Origin: a virus
Taxonomy: Duplodnaviria > Caudoviricetes
Reading direction: 5' to 3' (one strand)
IMG/VR virus record: IMGVR_UViG_3300007764_000003
Location: 1-39,331 of that record
Length of the DNA stretch: 39,331 nt
In this document: positions 18,509-28,090 of the stretch, in pieces
Layout of the letters: every line of letters starts with the position of its first letter
Numbering within the stretch: position 1 is the first letter of the stretch
Position numbers and translations under genes: made by a program
Notes under the pieces: generated by a model
Databases searched by the model: none
What the model saw: only the letters and a program-made list of their open reading frames with translations
What the model was told of the DNA's origin: nothing

Positions 18509-19414
18509 CTAGGCCTGCACTCCGTAGAACCCGCGCGGGTTGCTGTGCCCACGAGCCCACCGTGCCCGGCAGGCCCAGTGTAGCACGCCCTGGCGCTTGC
18601 CCTCCCAGCTGCGGCCCTGCGGACGCACGCGCCAGAACCACTTCAGGCCGTTGGTCGCGTTGGTCTTGAAGCCGTAGTTGGTCGTGGTGTTGTTCCAGTG
18701 GACCAGCGGCACAGGCTCGATGCCCATGTTGTACGACACGTTGATACGTGCCTGGTTGTTGTCGACAGGGTCCATCTTCGACTTGAGAATCTCCTCCCAT
18801 GTCGAGATCTGGTCGACGGGGTGGATGCACTTGGTGATCATCACATCGTTGCCGAGCTGGCCATGGTGGCCGGGGAACTGCAGCACCGCGGCGCGGGCCG
18901 TCTGCACAGCCTGATTGCTCGGCGCCTGGGGGGTCGCCATCGTGTTGCTGAAGGTGCCGCCCAGGGGCAGCGGGTGGCTGGCCGAGCACAGGGGCTGGCC
19001 GTCTCCGTAGACCGTGCCCGAGTCCCACGCCAGCGCGAACACCTGCGCTGCCTGGACATCGACGGTCAGGAACATCGAAGTCCGACACTCGACCGCGGTA
19101 CCCACAGCCTTGTCGTACTTCTTGTCCTCCATCAGCTCCTCGGCCACCTGGAGCTCGAGAGCCCAGGTGTCCATGTTGTAGCGATAGGTGGCGCCTTGCT
19201 TGCGCTGCCCAACGACGATGGGCTCGCCAACGTCCTTGAGCGAAGCCAGCCCGGGGCCGCCCATCTCCTGGTCCTCGTGCCACGCGTCGGTCGCCTTCTT
19301 CTCGTCGAAGCACTTGGGCATGCGCAGATTCGCATCCGCGTACGCCTTGTCCGTGACCACGGCGTCCAGCGTGAGCTTGAGGGTGTTGCCAGCAGATCCT
19401 GGTGTTTGAAGCAT
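18509..19414 (-). CDS. Major capsid protein
   Basis: 301 aa, strong AGGAGG SD; 'EELMEDKKY', 'GDGQPLCSASHP..GGTFSN' and C-terminal 'NPRGFYG' seen in HK97-fold capsids; follows the scaffold. Confidence 0.85.
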   Translation of the reverse strand: MLQTPGSAGNTLKLTLDAVVTDKAYADANLRMPKCFDEKKATDAWHEDQEMGGPGLASLKDVGEPIVVGQRKQGATYRYNMDTWALELQVAEELMEDKKYDKAVGTAVECRTSMFLTVDVQAAQVFALAWDSGTVYGDGQPLCSASHPLPLGGTFSNTMATPQAPSNQAVQTARAAVLQFPGHHGQLGNDVMITKCIHPVDQISTWEEILKSKMDPVDNNQARINVSYNMGIEPVPLVHWNNTTTNYGFKTNATNGLKWFWRVRPQGRSWEGKRQGVLHWACRARWARGHSNPRGFYGVQA

Positions 19415-19422
19415 CGCTCCTC

Positions 19423-20073
19423 CTAGACCCCGGACGCCGGGGTGGCCGCAGCGCCAGCCTCTTGCGTGAGGTTGCCAGTGACGATGAGCTTCCAGTTCGC
19501 ACCGGTCTCATCCTTGTTCTCAGCGGTCTTGCTGATTTCCATGATCTGCCACTCAAGCGCCGCGGTCGTGGCCGCGGTGCTGATGTCCAGGTGGGCATCC
19601 GCAAAGGGCTTGCTGGTGTCGGTCTGGTCGCCAGGGCAGGTGTGCGTGGCATTCAGCCCGCGGTCCGACTCCCAGGTGGCGAACGTGCTTGGCGCCCCCG
19701 TCGAGTCCGCGTCGATCTCGAAGTAGCAATCTGAGGCGTACACGATGCCAACGATGGTACGTCGACTCCAGACCGTGCCCCAGGCCGTTGCGCCCGGCAC
19801 CCGGTCAACGTCGCGCCGCAGGCGCGTGCCGTCCCAGTACTGCTTGATGCAGACGATGACCCCGAGAACCGTCTCGGTCGTCAGGGCCAGCGCCACCGAC
19901 CCATCGTTGACCTTCTTCACCGGGTCCCCGATGTTCAGGTCCACACTGAAGCCGGCCCCGTCGTTGGTGGCCTGGTACCCCGTGGCCACGTGGACATACT
20001 TGGGCTCGATGCAACTCGGCCCGTAACGAGGCTTCACTGGTCGGAACCCGGAAATGTGCTGGTTGTCAGCCAT
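19423..20073 (-). CDS. Probable capsid decoration/minor head protein
   Basis: 'GFRPVK...IGDPVK' pattern in the gene immediately before the MCP. Confidence 0.6.
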   Translation of the reverse strand: MADNQHISGFRPVKPRYGPSCIEPKYVHVATGYQATNDGAGFSVDLNIGDPVKKVNDGSVALALTTETVLGVIVCIKQYWDGTRLRRDVDRVPGATAWGTVWSRRTIVGIVYASDCYFEIDADSTGAPSTFATWESDRGLNATHTCPGDQTDTSKPFADAHLDISTAATTAALEWQIMEISKTAENKDETGANWKLIVTGNLTQEAGAAATPASGV

Positions 20074-20605
20074 TGACCGCCTCCATCGGCTGTGCGTTCA
20101 CATCGACGTTGAAGTCCTGCATGGACACTCCGTCCGCCATCTCGGGCGGCTTCTGCGCCTTGGTCAGGCGCTGCACCTCGCGAATGCGCTGGTAGCCCCG
20201 GTCACCCGTGACTCCGCGCTCCTGAATGTAGTTCCAGTCCACCAGCTCCGGATCGCGCCCAGCCTTCTCCGAGTCGAACGGGATGCGCGTCAGGAACTGG
20301 CCCTGCGCCCGCACCGGCTCACCGGGCTCTGGCACGATGCCACCGCCTCGCTCCGGCATGCCGTCCTGGCCCGCGACCACAGCCTCGAACCCCATGGTCT
20401 GGCAGTACGCCTCAACCCCGTACGGTCCGTCCGCATTGGCCCACACGTAGTGGAACAGCGGCTTGCCGTCGTCGCCCAGGGGCTTGTTCAGCACCTGGAA
20501 CAGCATGGACTGGCGATCGTAGTGCATTCCCTCCGGCGACTTGCGCAGGGGGGCCTTCTTGATCAGGGCACTGGCTGAAACGGGCCGGCGGGCCTTTGGC
20601 GGCAT
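20066..20605 (-). CDS. Hypothetical head-module protein (179 aa)
   Basis: ORF between scaffold and MCP; contains 'FHYVWAN'. Confidence 0.65.
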   Translation of the reverse strand: MPPKARRPVSASALIKKAPLRKSPEGMHYDRQSMLFQVLNKPLGDDGKPLFHYVWANADGPYGVEAYCQTMGFEAVVAGQDGMPERGGGIVPEPGEPVRAQGQFLTRIPFDSEKAGRDPELVDWNYIQERGVTGDRGYQRIREVQRLTKAQKPPEMADGVSMQDFNVDVNAQPMEAVNG

Positions 20606-20673
20606 ATCTGCATTCCCTGCCCTCGGAAATACAGACCGGACGCCATGGGGCTGTGGCCGGTCGAGATGGGTTC

Positions 20674-20703
20674 AGCCTACGGGGACGATTCCGCCCCTGT
20701 CAA
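20674..20703 (-). promoter_or_regulatory. Sigma70-type promoter for the capsid genes
   Basis: TTGACA-18 nt-TAGGCT in the only sizeable intergenic gap (20606-20732) of the head module. Confidence 0.6.
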
Positions 20704-20732
20704 CTCCATTCCGCAAATACCGGGATGGACCA

Positions 20733-21557
20733 CTATTTCTTCTGCGCCGCCCGGATACCCTTGAGCCACTCCTTGAACGCCTCTTTCTCGGGGAGATTCG
20801 GGTACAGAGCCATGGCCATCGAAAGGTTTTCGTCGCTCATCGGGAAAGAATCGGCCGAGGTCTTTGCGCCGCCAGCCGGCGCCCCCTCGCTAGTCCGCTG
20901 CTGAGCCTCGGTCGAGTCCGCGCCGGGGCCGCGGGGCACTATGCCCAGCTCCTGACGCACTTCTTGCGCAATCTGCGCAGCCGTTTCGTCGGTGAGTCGC
21001 CAGTTCTTGTCCTTGGCCGCGTTGCCCATGGCCTTGCTGGCAAACAGGTTCTGAGCCTGCTGGCTGCCCTTCATGACGTCCGGGTTCTGAACAGCCATGC
21101 GCTCGAACCGCTCCTGGTTCGCGCGCGTCTGTGGGTCGACCGGCGGGGGCTGGTTTTCCAGCTGGGTAAGCTTGCTGGTGGCCCGAGCGCTGGCTAGGCG
21201 CAAATCCTTCGCCTTAGCGCGGTACTCCTTGACCCGCTCGCTGTAGTCAGGGTCCTTGGGGTCGAGCCGGTAGGCCGCGTCCGCAAGGTCCTCCTCGGCC
21301 TTGTAGGCCACGTCATACTCGGCACGGGCCTCGTCCAGGGCAGAGCTTTGCTGGGTCTGCTGATGCTGTTGCACCTGCTGGTTGCGCAGCGCAGCCATCT
21401 CGGCCTCGACGCGCGCCGCCCGCTCCTCAGCAGCCTGGGTGCGCCGCTGCAAGTCATCATAGCGGTCCAAGCGCTTCTGCTTGCGGGAGGGTTCGTCGGC
21501 GTCGGCGTTGACGTCGTCGTCAAGCTCCTCGTCGGTTTCTTCAAACGGATTGGCCAT
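20733..21557 (-). CDS. Capsid scaffolding protein
   Basis: Acidic N-terminus, long coiled coil, basic C-terminal tip; located between portal and MCP. Confidence 0.7.
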   Translation of the reverse strand: MANPFEETDEELDDDVNADADEPSRKQKRLDRYDDLQRRTQAAEERAARVEAEMAALRNQQVQQHQQTQQSSALDEARAEYDVAYKAEEDLADAAYRLDPKDPDYSERVKEYRAKAKDLRLASARATSKLTQLENQPPPVDPQTRANQERFERMAVQNPDVMKGSQQAQNLFASKAMGNAAKDKNWRLTDETAAQIAQEVRQELGIVPRGPGADSTEAQQRTSEGAPAGGAKTSADSFPMSDENLSMAMALYPNLPEKEAFKEWLKGIRAAQKK

Positions 21558-22192
21558 CAGTAGGTTCCCTTGTCAGCTGCCATGGGGGTCCAAGTTCGCT
21601 GGAGGCTCCCATCGGGGTCGTATTCGCGCAGAACCCGCTCCTGCACAGTGTAGCCCTCCCTCTGGAACTCCTCGATCTCGAACTTGTGCAGCCCCAGGCG
21701 CTGGTACATCGCCGACTCTAGCGAGCCACGAATCTCACCGGCCAGAACGGTGATGTAACCCTTGGGCTCGGTATGCAGGCTCCCGGCGTGGGTGTAGTAG
21801 GCACTCATGCGGCTCGTCAGGACCGTGTGGCCGATGTCGATGCCCACGCTGTTGAGCTGGTCGAGCGCCTGGGGCCCGGCGGAGATGAGCACGCCCCGGG
21901 CGTTGCTGTGCTGGAGGTGATCGGCATGCTTGTCAGGCATCACGATAGCCCCCCCGTCGACATACGTCTTGCCTTCCCCATGGTGGGCCTTGAGCTGCAC
22001 CACGAAGCAGTAGCTCCAAGTCGCCGCGTAGTCCCACAGATCGTGGATGAGCTGGTACTGCTCGCGCTTCTTGGCCAGCAGCGGCGGCAGGTTCAGCACC
22101 TCGTGGGGCCACTCGGCAATCTCCTCCTCCCAAGCTTCATCGAGGGCCCTGGCCACCTTAGCGTAGTATGAGTTAACGTCCTGCTTAACCAT
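21557..22192 (-). CDS. GroES-like co-chaperonin domain protein
   Basis: 'KT..GGAIVMPD...RGVLISAGP...IDIGHTVL.SR..A...YITV..GEI' parallels the GroES pattern; N- and C-terminal extensions. Confidence 0.55.
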   Translation of the reverse strand: MVKQDVNSYYAKVARALDEAWEEEIAEWPHEVLNLPPLLAKKREQYQLIHDLWDYAATWSYCFVVQLKAHHGEGKTYVDGGAIVMPDKHADHLQHSNARGVLISAGPQALDQLNSVGIDIGHTVLTSRMSAYYTHAGSLHTEPKGYITVLAGEIRGSLESAMYQRLGLHKFEIEEFQREGYTVQERVLREYDPDGSLQRTWTPMAADKGTY

Positions 22193-22439
22193 TGAAATCC
22201 TCGTATTTCTTCTCGTTGCCCTCGAGCGACTCGAGATCTCCACCAAACAGCTTGCGAACCTGTTGCACTTGCGCAAGCTGGGCCGCCACGCGCGAAACCG
22301 CCGGGTCCGTGCTCGCCAGCGCCGTGGTCTGCAGCCCAGCTCGCAGCTCTTGCTCTCTGCGCTCTAAATAGCGCTTCACCCTGCCGGCGGGCTTCTGATC
22401 AAGCCATTGCCGCAGGGCCTCCCTGCTCTCCTCGTCCAT
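22185..22439 (-). CDS. Small helical hypothetical protein after the portal
   Basis: 84 aa, GGAG SD. Confidence 0.6.
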   Translation of the reverse strand: MDEESREALRQWLDQKPAGRVKRYLERREQELRAGLQTTALASTDPAVSRVAAQLAQVQQVRKLFGGDLESLEGNEKKYEDFNG

Positions 22440-24513
22440 TCTCTGCTCCCTGCCCCGCCTGCTGAGGCTGTCCTTGGGGCTGTTGCTGCTGCATTTGCTG
22501 TTGCACCTGCTGCATCAGCACCTGCATCACATTCGTCATGAAGGGCGCCGGGTTGCCCTGCGGTCTCTCTCCCAACAGCGGCACCATCGCCTCCATCCCG
22601 TGAGCCACGAAGCTCCGGCGGAATAGCTCATACATTAGATGGGCATTCTGAGAGAGGTATGGGACGGCCAGCGCCATCTGGATCATCCCATCGGCCTCTG
22701 CGATCTTGGCCGCGTCCGGCTTGAATTTCAGGTCGGAGGCAATGATGATATTGCGGTCGGTGCGGCGGTACATCTCCCGGCCGACGGCCGCGAACCTCTC
22801 GGCCCCGGGCAGGTGGTTGCTGATGCGGAACACCTCTTCGGGAGGCAGCCAGATGCCGTTGAGCCGAACGTTCTGCTTCAGCACCGGTGTCAGCGCCTGG
22901 TAGGCGTACGCCCGGGTACCGACGCTGAGGGTTTTGGTGGCCTCGCCGATTCTCGCCAGGATGCCTTGGGCCGTCTCGCCGCTCTTGCCTGAGGCTCCCG
23001 ACAGGACGTCCGGGCTCTGGATGCCCTGCTGGGCGCGCTCGTCGGTGTGCTTGATGAGCTCGAACAGTGCGCCCGAGGGCTTGGCAAGCGTCATCGGCAT
23101 AATGGCTTCCGACAGTTTCTGCCCTTCGATGCCGGTGATGCGGTTGATGTGCCCGGGACCGATCTTCAGCCGGTCGAGGTTCACGTCCCCCGTTGCCAGG
23201 TAGGCGGGGAAGTTCTCCATCGTCGAGGCGTCGAGTAGATGGTTGATGCCCGAGTCCACCACCCGGTTCATGTCCGCCATCAGTCGGCCAAATCCAAACC
23301 CATACACACCCTGCAGCGGCTCAATGAATACCGAGTGGGTGAAGTTGCGCACCGGCTCCTTGCGCGGCGGATCGGGCATCCGGTCCTCGGCCCCCATCCA
23401 CTTCGGACGCTCGGGTTGGGGCCCCATCTGCGCCAACACGCCCCCAAGATTGCTCGCCTGCTCGTCATCCAGCCCGCCGAGGTCGACCTGCGCGAGGATG
23501 CTGTCGCTGGCCTGGGTCGCCTGCTGCTTCTGCACGGCGTACGCCTTGTACTGGCTCAGCTCCTGGTTGTGGCGGTCGATCTCCTCCCAGCTCTCCGCCT
23601 CGTGCAGCGACAGGGCCAGAAGCCTCGTGTCGGCCTTGTCGACCACGGCCTTAAAGAACCGAGCGCGGGGCTGGCGGGGCATCCTGACGTGGAAGTAGTG
23701 GGTAAGCACGATGTACGGGGCCGGCCCGTCGTCGGGAAGCTCAGTGCGGTGGATCTCGCTGACCGCCTTCTTCATCTCGCCCTGCGGCTCCTCGTCGCCG
23801 GTGGGCATGCGCTCGAGCATCCGGTCAACGCCCCACCACAGGCTCCTGAAGTGCTCGAGCTGATGGGGGAAGTAGTGGCGGATGCGGCCATAGAAGGGAA
23901 CGTCCGACAGGTCGCTCAACGTGGAGAGCGAGGCCGAGGGCATGTAGAATTCGTCATCGGTCAGCGCAACGTGGCGATTGCAGCGCCGCTGGGGGTCCCG
24001 ATAGCTCTCAAACACCACGTCCCCATGGTGGTAGTACAGGAGCATCCCACGAGCCTGCTGGCGGTAGAAGTCGGGGATCTTCTCCCGCAGCTGCCAGTTG
24101 CTGTGCGCGCCGATGAGCTGCGCCTGCTCCCTGTCGTCCTCGCCGATCGGCTCGTAGCCAAAGACGTTGCTGAGATCGCCAAACAGCTCTCCCACGCCCC
24201 GGAACCACAGGCGCATGATGTTCTCGAGGGCTACGGGGTAGTGCAGCTGCGCCATCTCGTCAAAGGGCGGCTTTTTGGCTCCTATCTCGCCCTGGAAGAT
24301 CTTCCAGTCCGCCGCATGCCCCTGCCGGCGCTTCTCGTTGCTGGCCCAGGCGCTATCGAAATCATTGCAGATTTGGGAGGCCAGGCGGTTGAGCAGGAGT
24401 TCGCCCTGAGTCAACGTCTGCTCGTCCTCACTCATCAGGAGGTCGGCCACGATGTTCGGGGCGTCGATGTTGACCGTCAGGCCCTCGAACTCTTCATGCA
24501 GCGCCGTAGCCAT
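22399..24513 (-). CDS. Portal protein (P22-like)
   Basis: About 704 aa directly after TerL; 'YGFGFG.L...N.L.DA...N.P' and 'G..GKSGETA' motifs; Gln-rich tail. Confidence 0.85.
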   Translation of the reverse strand: MATALHEEFEGLTVNIDAPNIVADLLMSEDEQTLTQGELLLNRLASQICNDFDSAWASNEKRRQGHAADWKIFQGEIGAKKPPFDEMAQLHYPVALENIMRLWFRGVGELFGDLSNVFGYEPIGEDDREQAQLIGAHSNWQLREKIPDFYRQQARGMLLYYHHGDVVFESYRDPQRRCNRHVALTDDEFYMPSASLSTLSDLSDVPFYGRIRHYFPHQLEHFRSLWWGVDRMLERMPTGDEEPQGEMKKAVSEIHRTELPDDGPAPYIVLTHYFHVRMPRQPRARFFKAVVDKADTRLLALSLHEAESWEEIDRHNQELSQYKAYAVQKQQATQASDSILAQVDLGGLDDEQASNLGGVLAQMGPQPERPKWMGAEDRMPDPPRKEPVRNFTHSVFIEPLQGVYGFGFGRLMADMNRVVDSGINHLLDASTMENFPAYLATGDVNLDRLKIGPGHINRITGIEGQKLSEAIMPMTLAKPSGALFELIKHTDERAQQGIQSPDVLSGASGKSGETAQGILARIGEATKTLSVGTRAYAYQALTPVLKQNVRLNGIWLPPEEVFRISNHLPGAERFAAVGREMYRRTDRNIIIASDLKFKPDAAKIAEADGMIQMALAVPYLSQNAHLMYELFRRSFVAHGMEAMVPLLGERPQGNPAPFMTNVMQVLMQQVQQQMQQQQPQGQPQQAGQGAENGRGEQGGPAAMA

Positions 24514-26056
24514 CACGTCCTAGTTCGGAGGGTGCGCTTTCTTCGCGTGTGTCGTCAAGTGCACGCTTTCTGGCGTTCCAGTCCGGAATGCCCTGCTGGC
24601 CCTTGCTCGCGGGGGCGATCCCATAGGTCAGGGTGTCCCAGTGGTGGTCCTCGCCACCCTTGATTGGGGTTTCCGGGTCGTCAGGGTCGGCCTGGATGCC
24701 CACGATGGTTCGCAGGGTCTCCCGGCAGCTGCGAAAGAATACCAGCCCAGGACGTACGCCGCGGGCGCCCCGCTGGCCGAGCCGCCGAACCACTCGTTGG
24801 GCGTTGGTGGCGCGAGACTTCTTGTCCGCCTGCCTCCAGGGAATGCCGCGGCGGCGGAACTCGGCCTGCTTGGTGAGCCCTGTGTCGCCACGCTCTTCCC
24901 AGATCTGAGTGTCCGCCCACCCCGGCAGACAGGACTGCCCGCGGTACCAGGTGCCCTCTCGCTCGCCCTTGTACTTCACTCGTTCGGCCACCCAGTCGAC
25001 ATGCTTCAGGCGAAACGTCAGCTCCCGATAGACGTAGACAGTGTCATCGTCGTCGATGGCAAACCACAGCACGACACCCCGCGTCTTGAACCCCCAATCC
25101 ATGGCCACCCATCGCTTCCACTGCTTGGGGATGCGGAAGTCGTCGACGATGTGAACGTTGGGGTCCCAGACGTGCTCGATGTACCCCCCGAGCACCACGT
25201 CCCAGTCTCCCTCGAGCAGGGCCTGACGCAGATAGGGCGGCAGGAACACCAGCTCCCGCTTGTACTGCTCCTGGAACTGCTTGTCCGGGTTGTCAGTGAG
25301 CCGGGCGGGCATGTAGAGCAGCGTCCGAGTCCACTTCTGGCCGTCGTACTCGACCTCCTCCTCATGGATGACGTTTCCCTCTGGGGCGGGGTCGACGAAA
25401 CGGCGCTTGACCCATTTCGGATCACGGACCGCAAAGTCCTCCCCCTTCTGGCGCATGAGCACGGGGTTGCTGGCGGCACGAATGCGCAGCTTGTGCCGCA
25501 GGACGGGGTCTGACGTCCGCAGCCGGGAGTTGATGAGGGTGTATTGCTCCTCCAGGAAGTGGATCAGCTCGTCCCAGTAGATGGCGGTGTACTCGTTGCC
25601 AATGTACTGCTCGACCGAGCCCTCGTCCTTGCAGTGGCCGAACTGCATTCGGTAGCCCGAGCTAAAGACGAACGTGCCCGCCGCGCCGCCGGCCGACTGG
25701 TACCACTTCCCGCCCGGGTCCCACGCCTTGTAGACCTGCCGGATATGGGCGATGACCTGCGGCAAGGCGGTGGTGGTTCGGCGCAGAAACAGCCCCCAGC
25801 CAACGCTCTCCCCCCAGTGCAAAGGGTGGGGGTGATCGCGGCGGCCGTCACCTGCCAGGCAGCGGATGTGCTCATCCTGCGCCTGGCTGATGATGCAGTC
25901 GTGCTTCAGGACGAACGTCTTGCCGGGGCCCGCGGTGCCGGCGCCGAGAATCTCGCGAATCTCCGAGCCGTCCGGGGCCTTGAGCGTGTGCATCCGCCGG
26001 CCCCAATCCGACGGGTCGTATTCAAACGTTAGTCGTGAACCACCAGTCTGTGCCAT
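24494..26056 (-). CDS. terL: Terminase large subunit
   Basis: Walker A GTAGPGKT, Walker B IYWDE, ASNP, 'PARLTDNP', 'LLEGDWD', nuclease MDWG and EDH.WDTL.Y. Confidence 0.93.
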   Translation of the reverse strand: MAQTGGSRLTFEYDPSDWGRRMHTLKAPDGSEIREILGAGTAGPGKTFVLKHDCIISQAQDEHIRCLAGDGRRDHPHPLHWGESVGWGLFLRRTTTALPQVIAHIRQVYKAWDPGGKWYQSAGGAAGTFVFSSGYRMQFGHCKDEGSVEQYIGNEYTAIYWDELIHFLEEQYTLINSRLRTSDPVLRHKLRIRAASNPVLMRQKGEDFAVRDPKWVKRRFVDPAPEGNVIHEEEVEYDGQKWTRTLLYMPARLTDNPDKQFQEQYKRELVFLPPYLRQALLEGDWDVVLGGYIEHVWDPNVHIVDDFRIPKQWKRWVAMDWGFKTRGVVLWFAIDDDDTVYVYRELTFRLKHVDWVAERVKYKGEREGTWYRGQSCLPGWADTQIWEERGDTGLTKQAEFRRRGIPWRQADKKSRATNAQRVVRRLGQRGARGVRPGLVFFRSCRETLRTIVGIQADPDDPETPIKGGEDHHWDTLTYGIAPASKGQQGIPDWNARKRALDDTREESAPSELGRDGYGAA

Positions 26057-26414
26057 CGCTCACTACTGAGGCCACCGTGGTGACCGCCTGGGTTGCAGAC
26101 CCCTGAATGTCTCCCCCAGAACTTGCCAGCGTAACCGCGGCATCGGTGCGAATGACCACCACCCGTCGCTCCGGGAAATCCGATGCGTCGGGCAGGGTGA
26201 CGGTGATGGCGCTGGTGTTGGTGCAGATGCAGACCGAGACGATGGGCTCAAGCGTCGTGTCCTCGTCGGCCGTCAACTGGTCACCGGACAACCTGTGAAT
26301 CTCATCGCGCAAGGCGCGCAGGACGGGGACGATCTCCCGGTTGATGGCCTCGGCGAGGTCCTCTGCGTTCTGTGCTACCGGCAGGGAGCGGACGCCTTGG
26401 GAAATGCTAGCCAT
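26022..26414 (-). CDS. Small fibre-domain-like protein
   Basis: 'ITVTLPDA...VVIR...I.G...VVSDGTDW' motif typical of phage fibre modules. Confidence 0.55.
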   Translation of the reverse strand: MASISQGVRSLPVAQNAEDLAEAINREIVPVLRALRDEIHRLSGDQLTADEDTTLEPIVSVCICTNTSAITVTLPDASDFPERRVVVIRTDAAVTLASSGGDIQGSATQAVTTVASVVSDGTDWWFTTNV

Positions 26415-26766
26415 CGCACAGGTCTCCCAACACCCCCATGATGGCCTGGAACATACGCTGGCGCAGGACACCTTCGGGACCCCGCTTCGCCCACTCTGCC
26501 TGCTTCCCTTGCGATAGGGAGACATACGAACGGCGCCCGGGATCTGGCCGACCGATGAGGTCGCACAGGTCCCTGTCCGCCGCGTATGCCAGGGCCGCTA
26601 CCGCCACCCGCTTGTAGGGGCGGTGTTCCTCCTCGGGCTCCCAGTCGCCCTCCTTGTAGGTCACCACCCGACTGTCGGGCCCCTGGTCGTAGCGAACGGT
26701 CAGCTCACCGTCGTGCTCCTCCAGGAAACCGGCGTCTCCGGTCTGGGTGTGGCGAACGCGGGTCAA
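26407..26766 (-). CDS. Hypothetical protein (119 aa)
   Basis: GGAGG SD plus TTGA-coupled TTG start. Confidence 0.6.
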   Translation of the reverse strand: MTRVRHTQTGDAGFLEEHDGELTVRYDQGPDSRVVTYKEGDWEPEEEHRPYKRVAVAALAYAADRDLCDLIGRPDPGRRSYVSLSQGKQAEWAKRGPEGVLRQRMFQAIMGVLGDLCDG

Positions 26767-27110
26767 AACACCTCCCAGTCGCACTCAACGATGGGTCCCG
26801 AATGAATACGAAGCTCATTCCCTTTGAGGCCCACGCCAATCACGACCGTCGCCCCAATCTCCGCGGCGCGGCGGGACGCGTGTAGCGAGATCTCAACCGC
26901 CTCGAACTCCCGGCGCTCCGCCTTCGGCATGTCGCCATGCACCCGCTCATGGTGGCACCCCCGGCACAGGGGGATGGACTCGTGGTCATGGGCTCGCTTG
27001 CCCATGCCCGCGCCGGTGCGGTGGTGCTGCTGGCTCGGAGGCGGTCGGCGGCAGAGCGCGCAGGGCTGCATCCGAACCCAAAGGCTGTGCTCGGAGTCCT
27101 CCCCCGCCAT
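26763..27110 (-). CDS. DUF968/Ref-like HNH-type nuclease
   Basis: 'WVR.QPCALC...HH..G.GMG.RAHD...IPLCRGCH...H'. Confidence 0.7.
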   Translation of the reverse strand: MAGEDSEHSLWVRMQPCALCRRPPPSQQHHRTGAGMGKRAHDHESIPLCRGCHHERVHGDMPKAERREFEAVEISLHASRRAAEIGATVVIGVGLKGNELRIHSGPIVECDWEVF

Positions 27111-27427
27111 CACAGCCCCGCGGTGATGTCCTCGATGACCGCGATATCCGCATGCCCGATAACGAGGTTCACGCCGGTCTTGCCAATGCAGTGGCACAGC
27201 TGCGGACCGTAGGCCACGATGCGGCCCACGCCACCCGGTCCGCCACCTCGGACGACATGCTTGGTGCCGGGTTTGGCAGCCTTCATGTTCGCCACCGCCG
27301 TCTGCAGCTGCTCTGGCGGGTGCTCCTCGAAGTCGACCTTTTGGCCGTCGGCGAGCTTGAACGGGCCCTTTGGCAGGGGCTTGGGAGCTTCGGTCTTCTT
27401 CTCGGGGGGCTTCTGTGATTTGGCCAT
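27110..27427 (-). CDS. Hypothetical protein (105 aa)
   Basis: Tightly packed ORF with SD. Confidence 0.6.
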   Translation of the reverse strand: MAKSQKPPEKKTEAPKPLPKGPFKLADGQKVDFEEHPPEQLQTAVANMKAAKPGTKHVVRGGGPGGVGRIVAYGPQLCHCIGKTGVNLVIGHADIAVIEDITAGL

Positions 27428-27805
27428 CTATTCCCTCTTGAGTCGCTTGGTGGGCAGGGTCTCGGCCTGCTCTACAACGATGAACTCCTTGGGGAGGTCG
27501 CGAGGGGCGTCCTCCTTGCGGAACCGCAGGATAGCAGAGACGCTCTCCCGATTCTCCTTGATGCCGACCGGCGCGGCCGAGGCGGGCAAATTCGCCGCCT
27601 GGGCCGCCCGGAACATCGCGAATGCCCTGTTCCCGTAGCGCTCGATCCATTCGGGAGGGGGGCCCTTCATGTCTGGCGTGATTTCAGCCCAGCGGAGGAC
27701 GCCGGCCATGACGACCAGCCCATCCTCCAAAACCTCGTCAAGCAGCTGCTGGACCTTGGGGGTCTCGACGATGTGGGCTTTGGCCTTGTCCAACTTCTCG
27801 GACAT
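27428..27805 (-). CDS. Hypothetical helical protein (possible terminase small subunit)
   Basis: 125 aa, upstream of terL. The function is a positional guess only. Confidence 0.45.
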   Translation of the reverse strand: MSEKLDKAKAHIVETPKVQQLLDEVLEDGLVVMAGVLRWAEITPDMKGPPPEWIERYGNRAFAMFRAAQAANLPASAAPVGIKENRESVSAILRFRKEDAPRDLPKEFIVVEQAETLPTKRLKRE

Positions 27806-27808
27806 ACT

Positions 27809-28090
27809 TCAGCTTAGCGTGACCTTGGGTTGTGGCACAACCAGCCCGCTGTGCGCCGGCAGCTTCCGGACGGCGTGGGAGATCTGTTGGATGCCCAGGT
27901 CGTCCAGGATGCGCTTCACCGTCAGGCCCGGGGCCGCAGCGATTTCCGCCTCCAGCACCGACCCAAACTTTTGGGCGTAATGCGTGATGGCGAGCTTGCC
28001 CTCGGCCTCGTCTGCCACGGTCTCCAGCACAAGATCCATAACCTGGCCGCCGATGGTTAGCCGGCGAAAGGCTACGTAGACCTCGCTCAC
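27809..28090 (-). CDS. Hypothetical protein (93 aa)
   Basis: GTGA-coupled, GAGG SD. Confidence 0.55.
   Translation of the reverse strand: MSEVYVAFRRLTIGGQVMDLVLETVADEAEGKLAITHYAQKFGSVLEAEIAAAPGLTVKRILDDLGIQQISHAVRKLPAHSGLVVPQPKVTLS

Noticed and set aside
3426-26032. Long plus-strand ORFs opposite structural genes (e.g. 3426-4826, 12480-13643, 23239-24663)
   Set aside because: Antisense shadows expected in high-GC coding DNA; no motifs or SDs.
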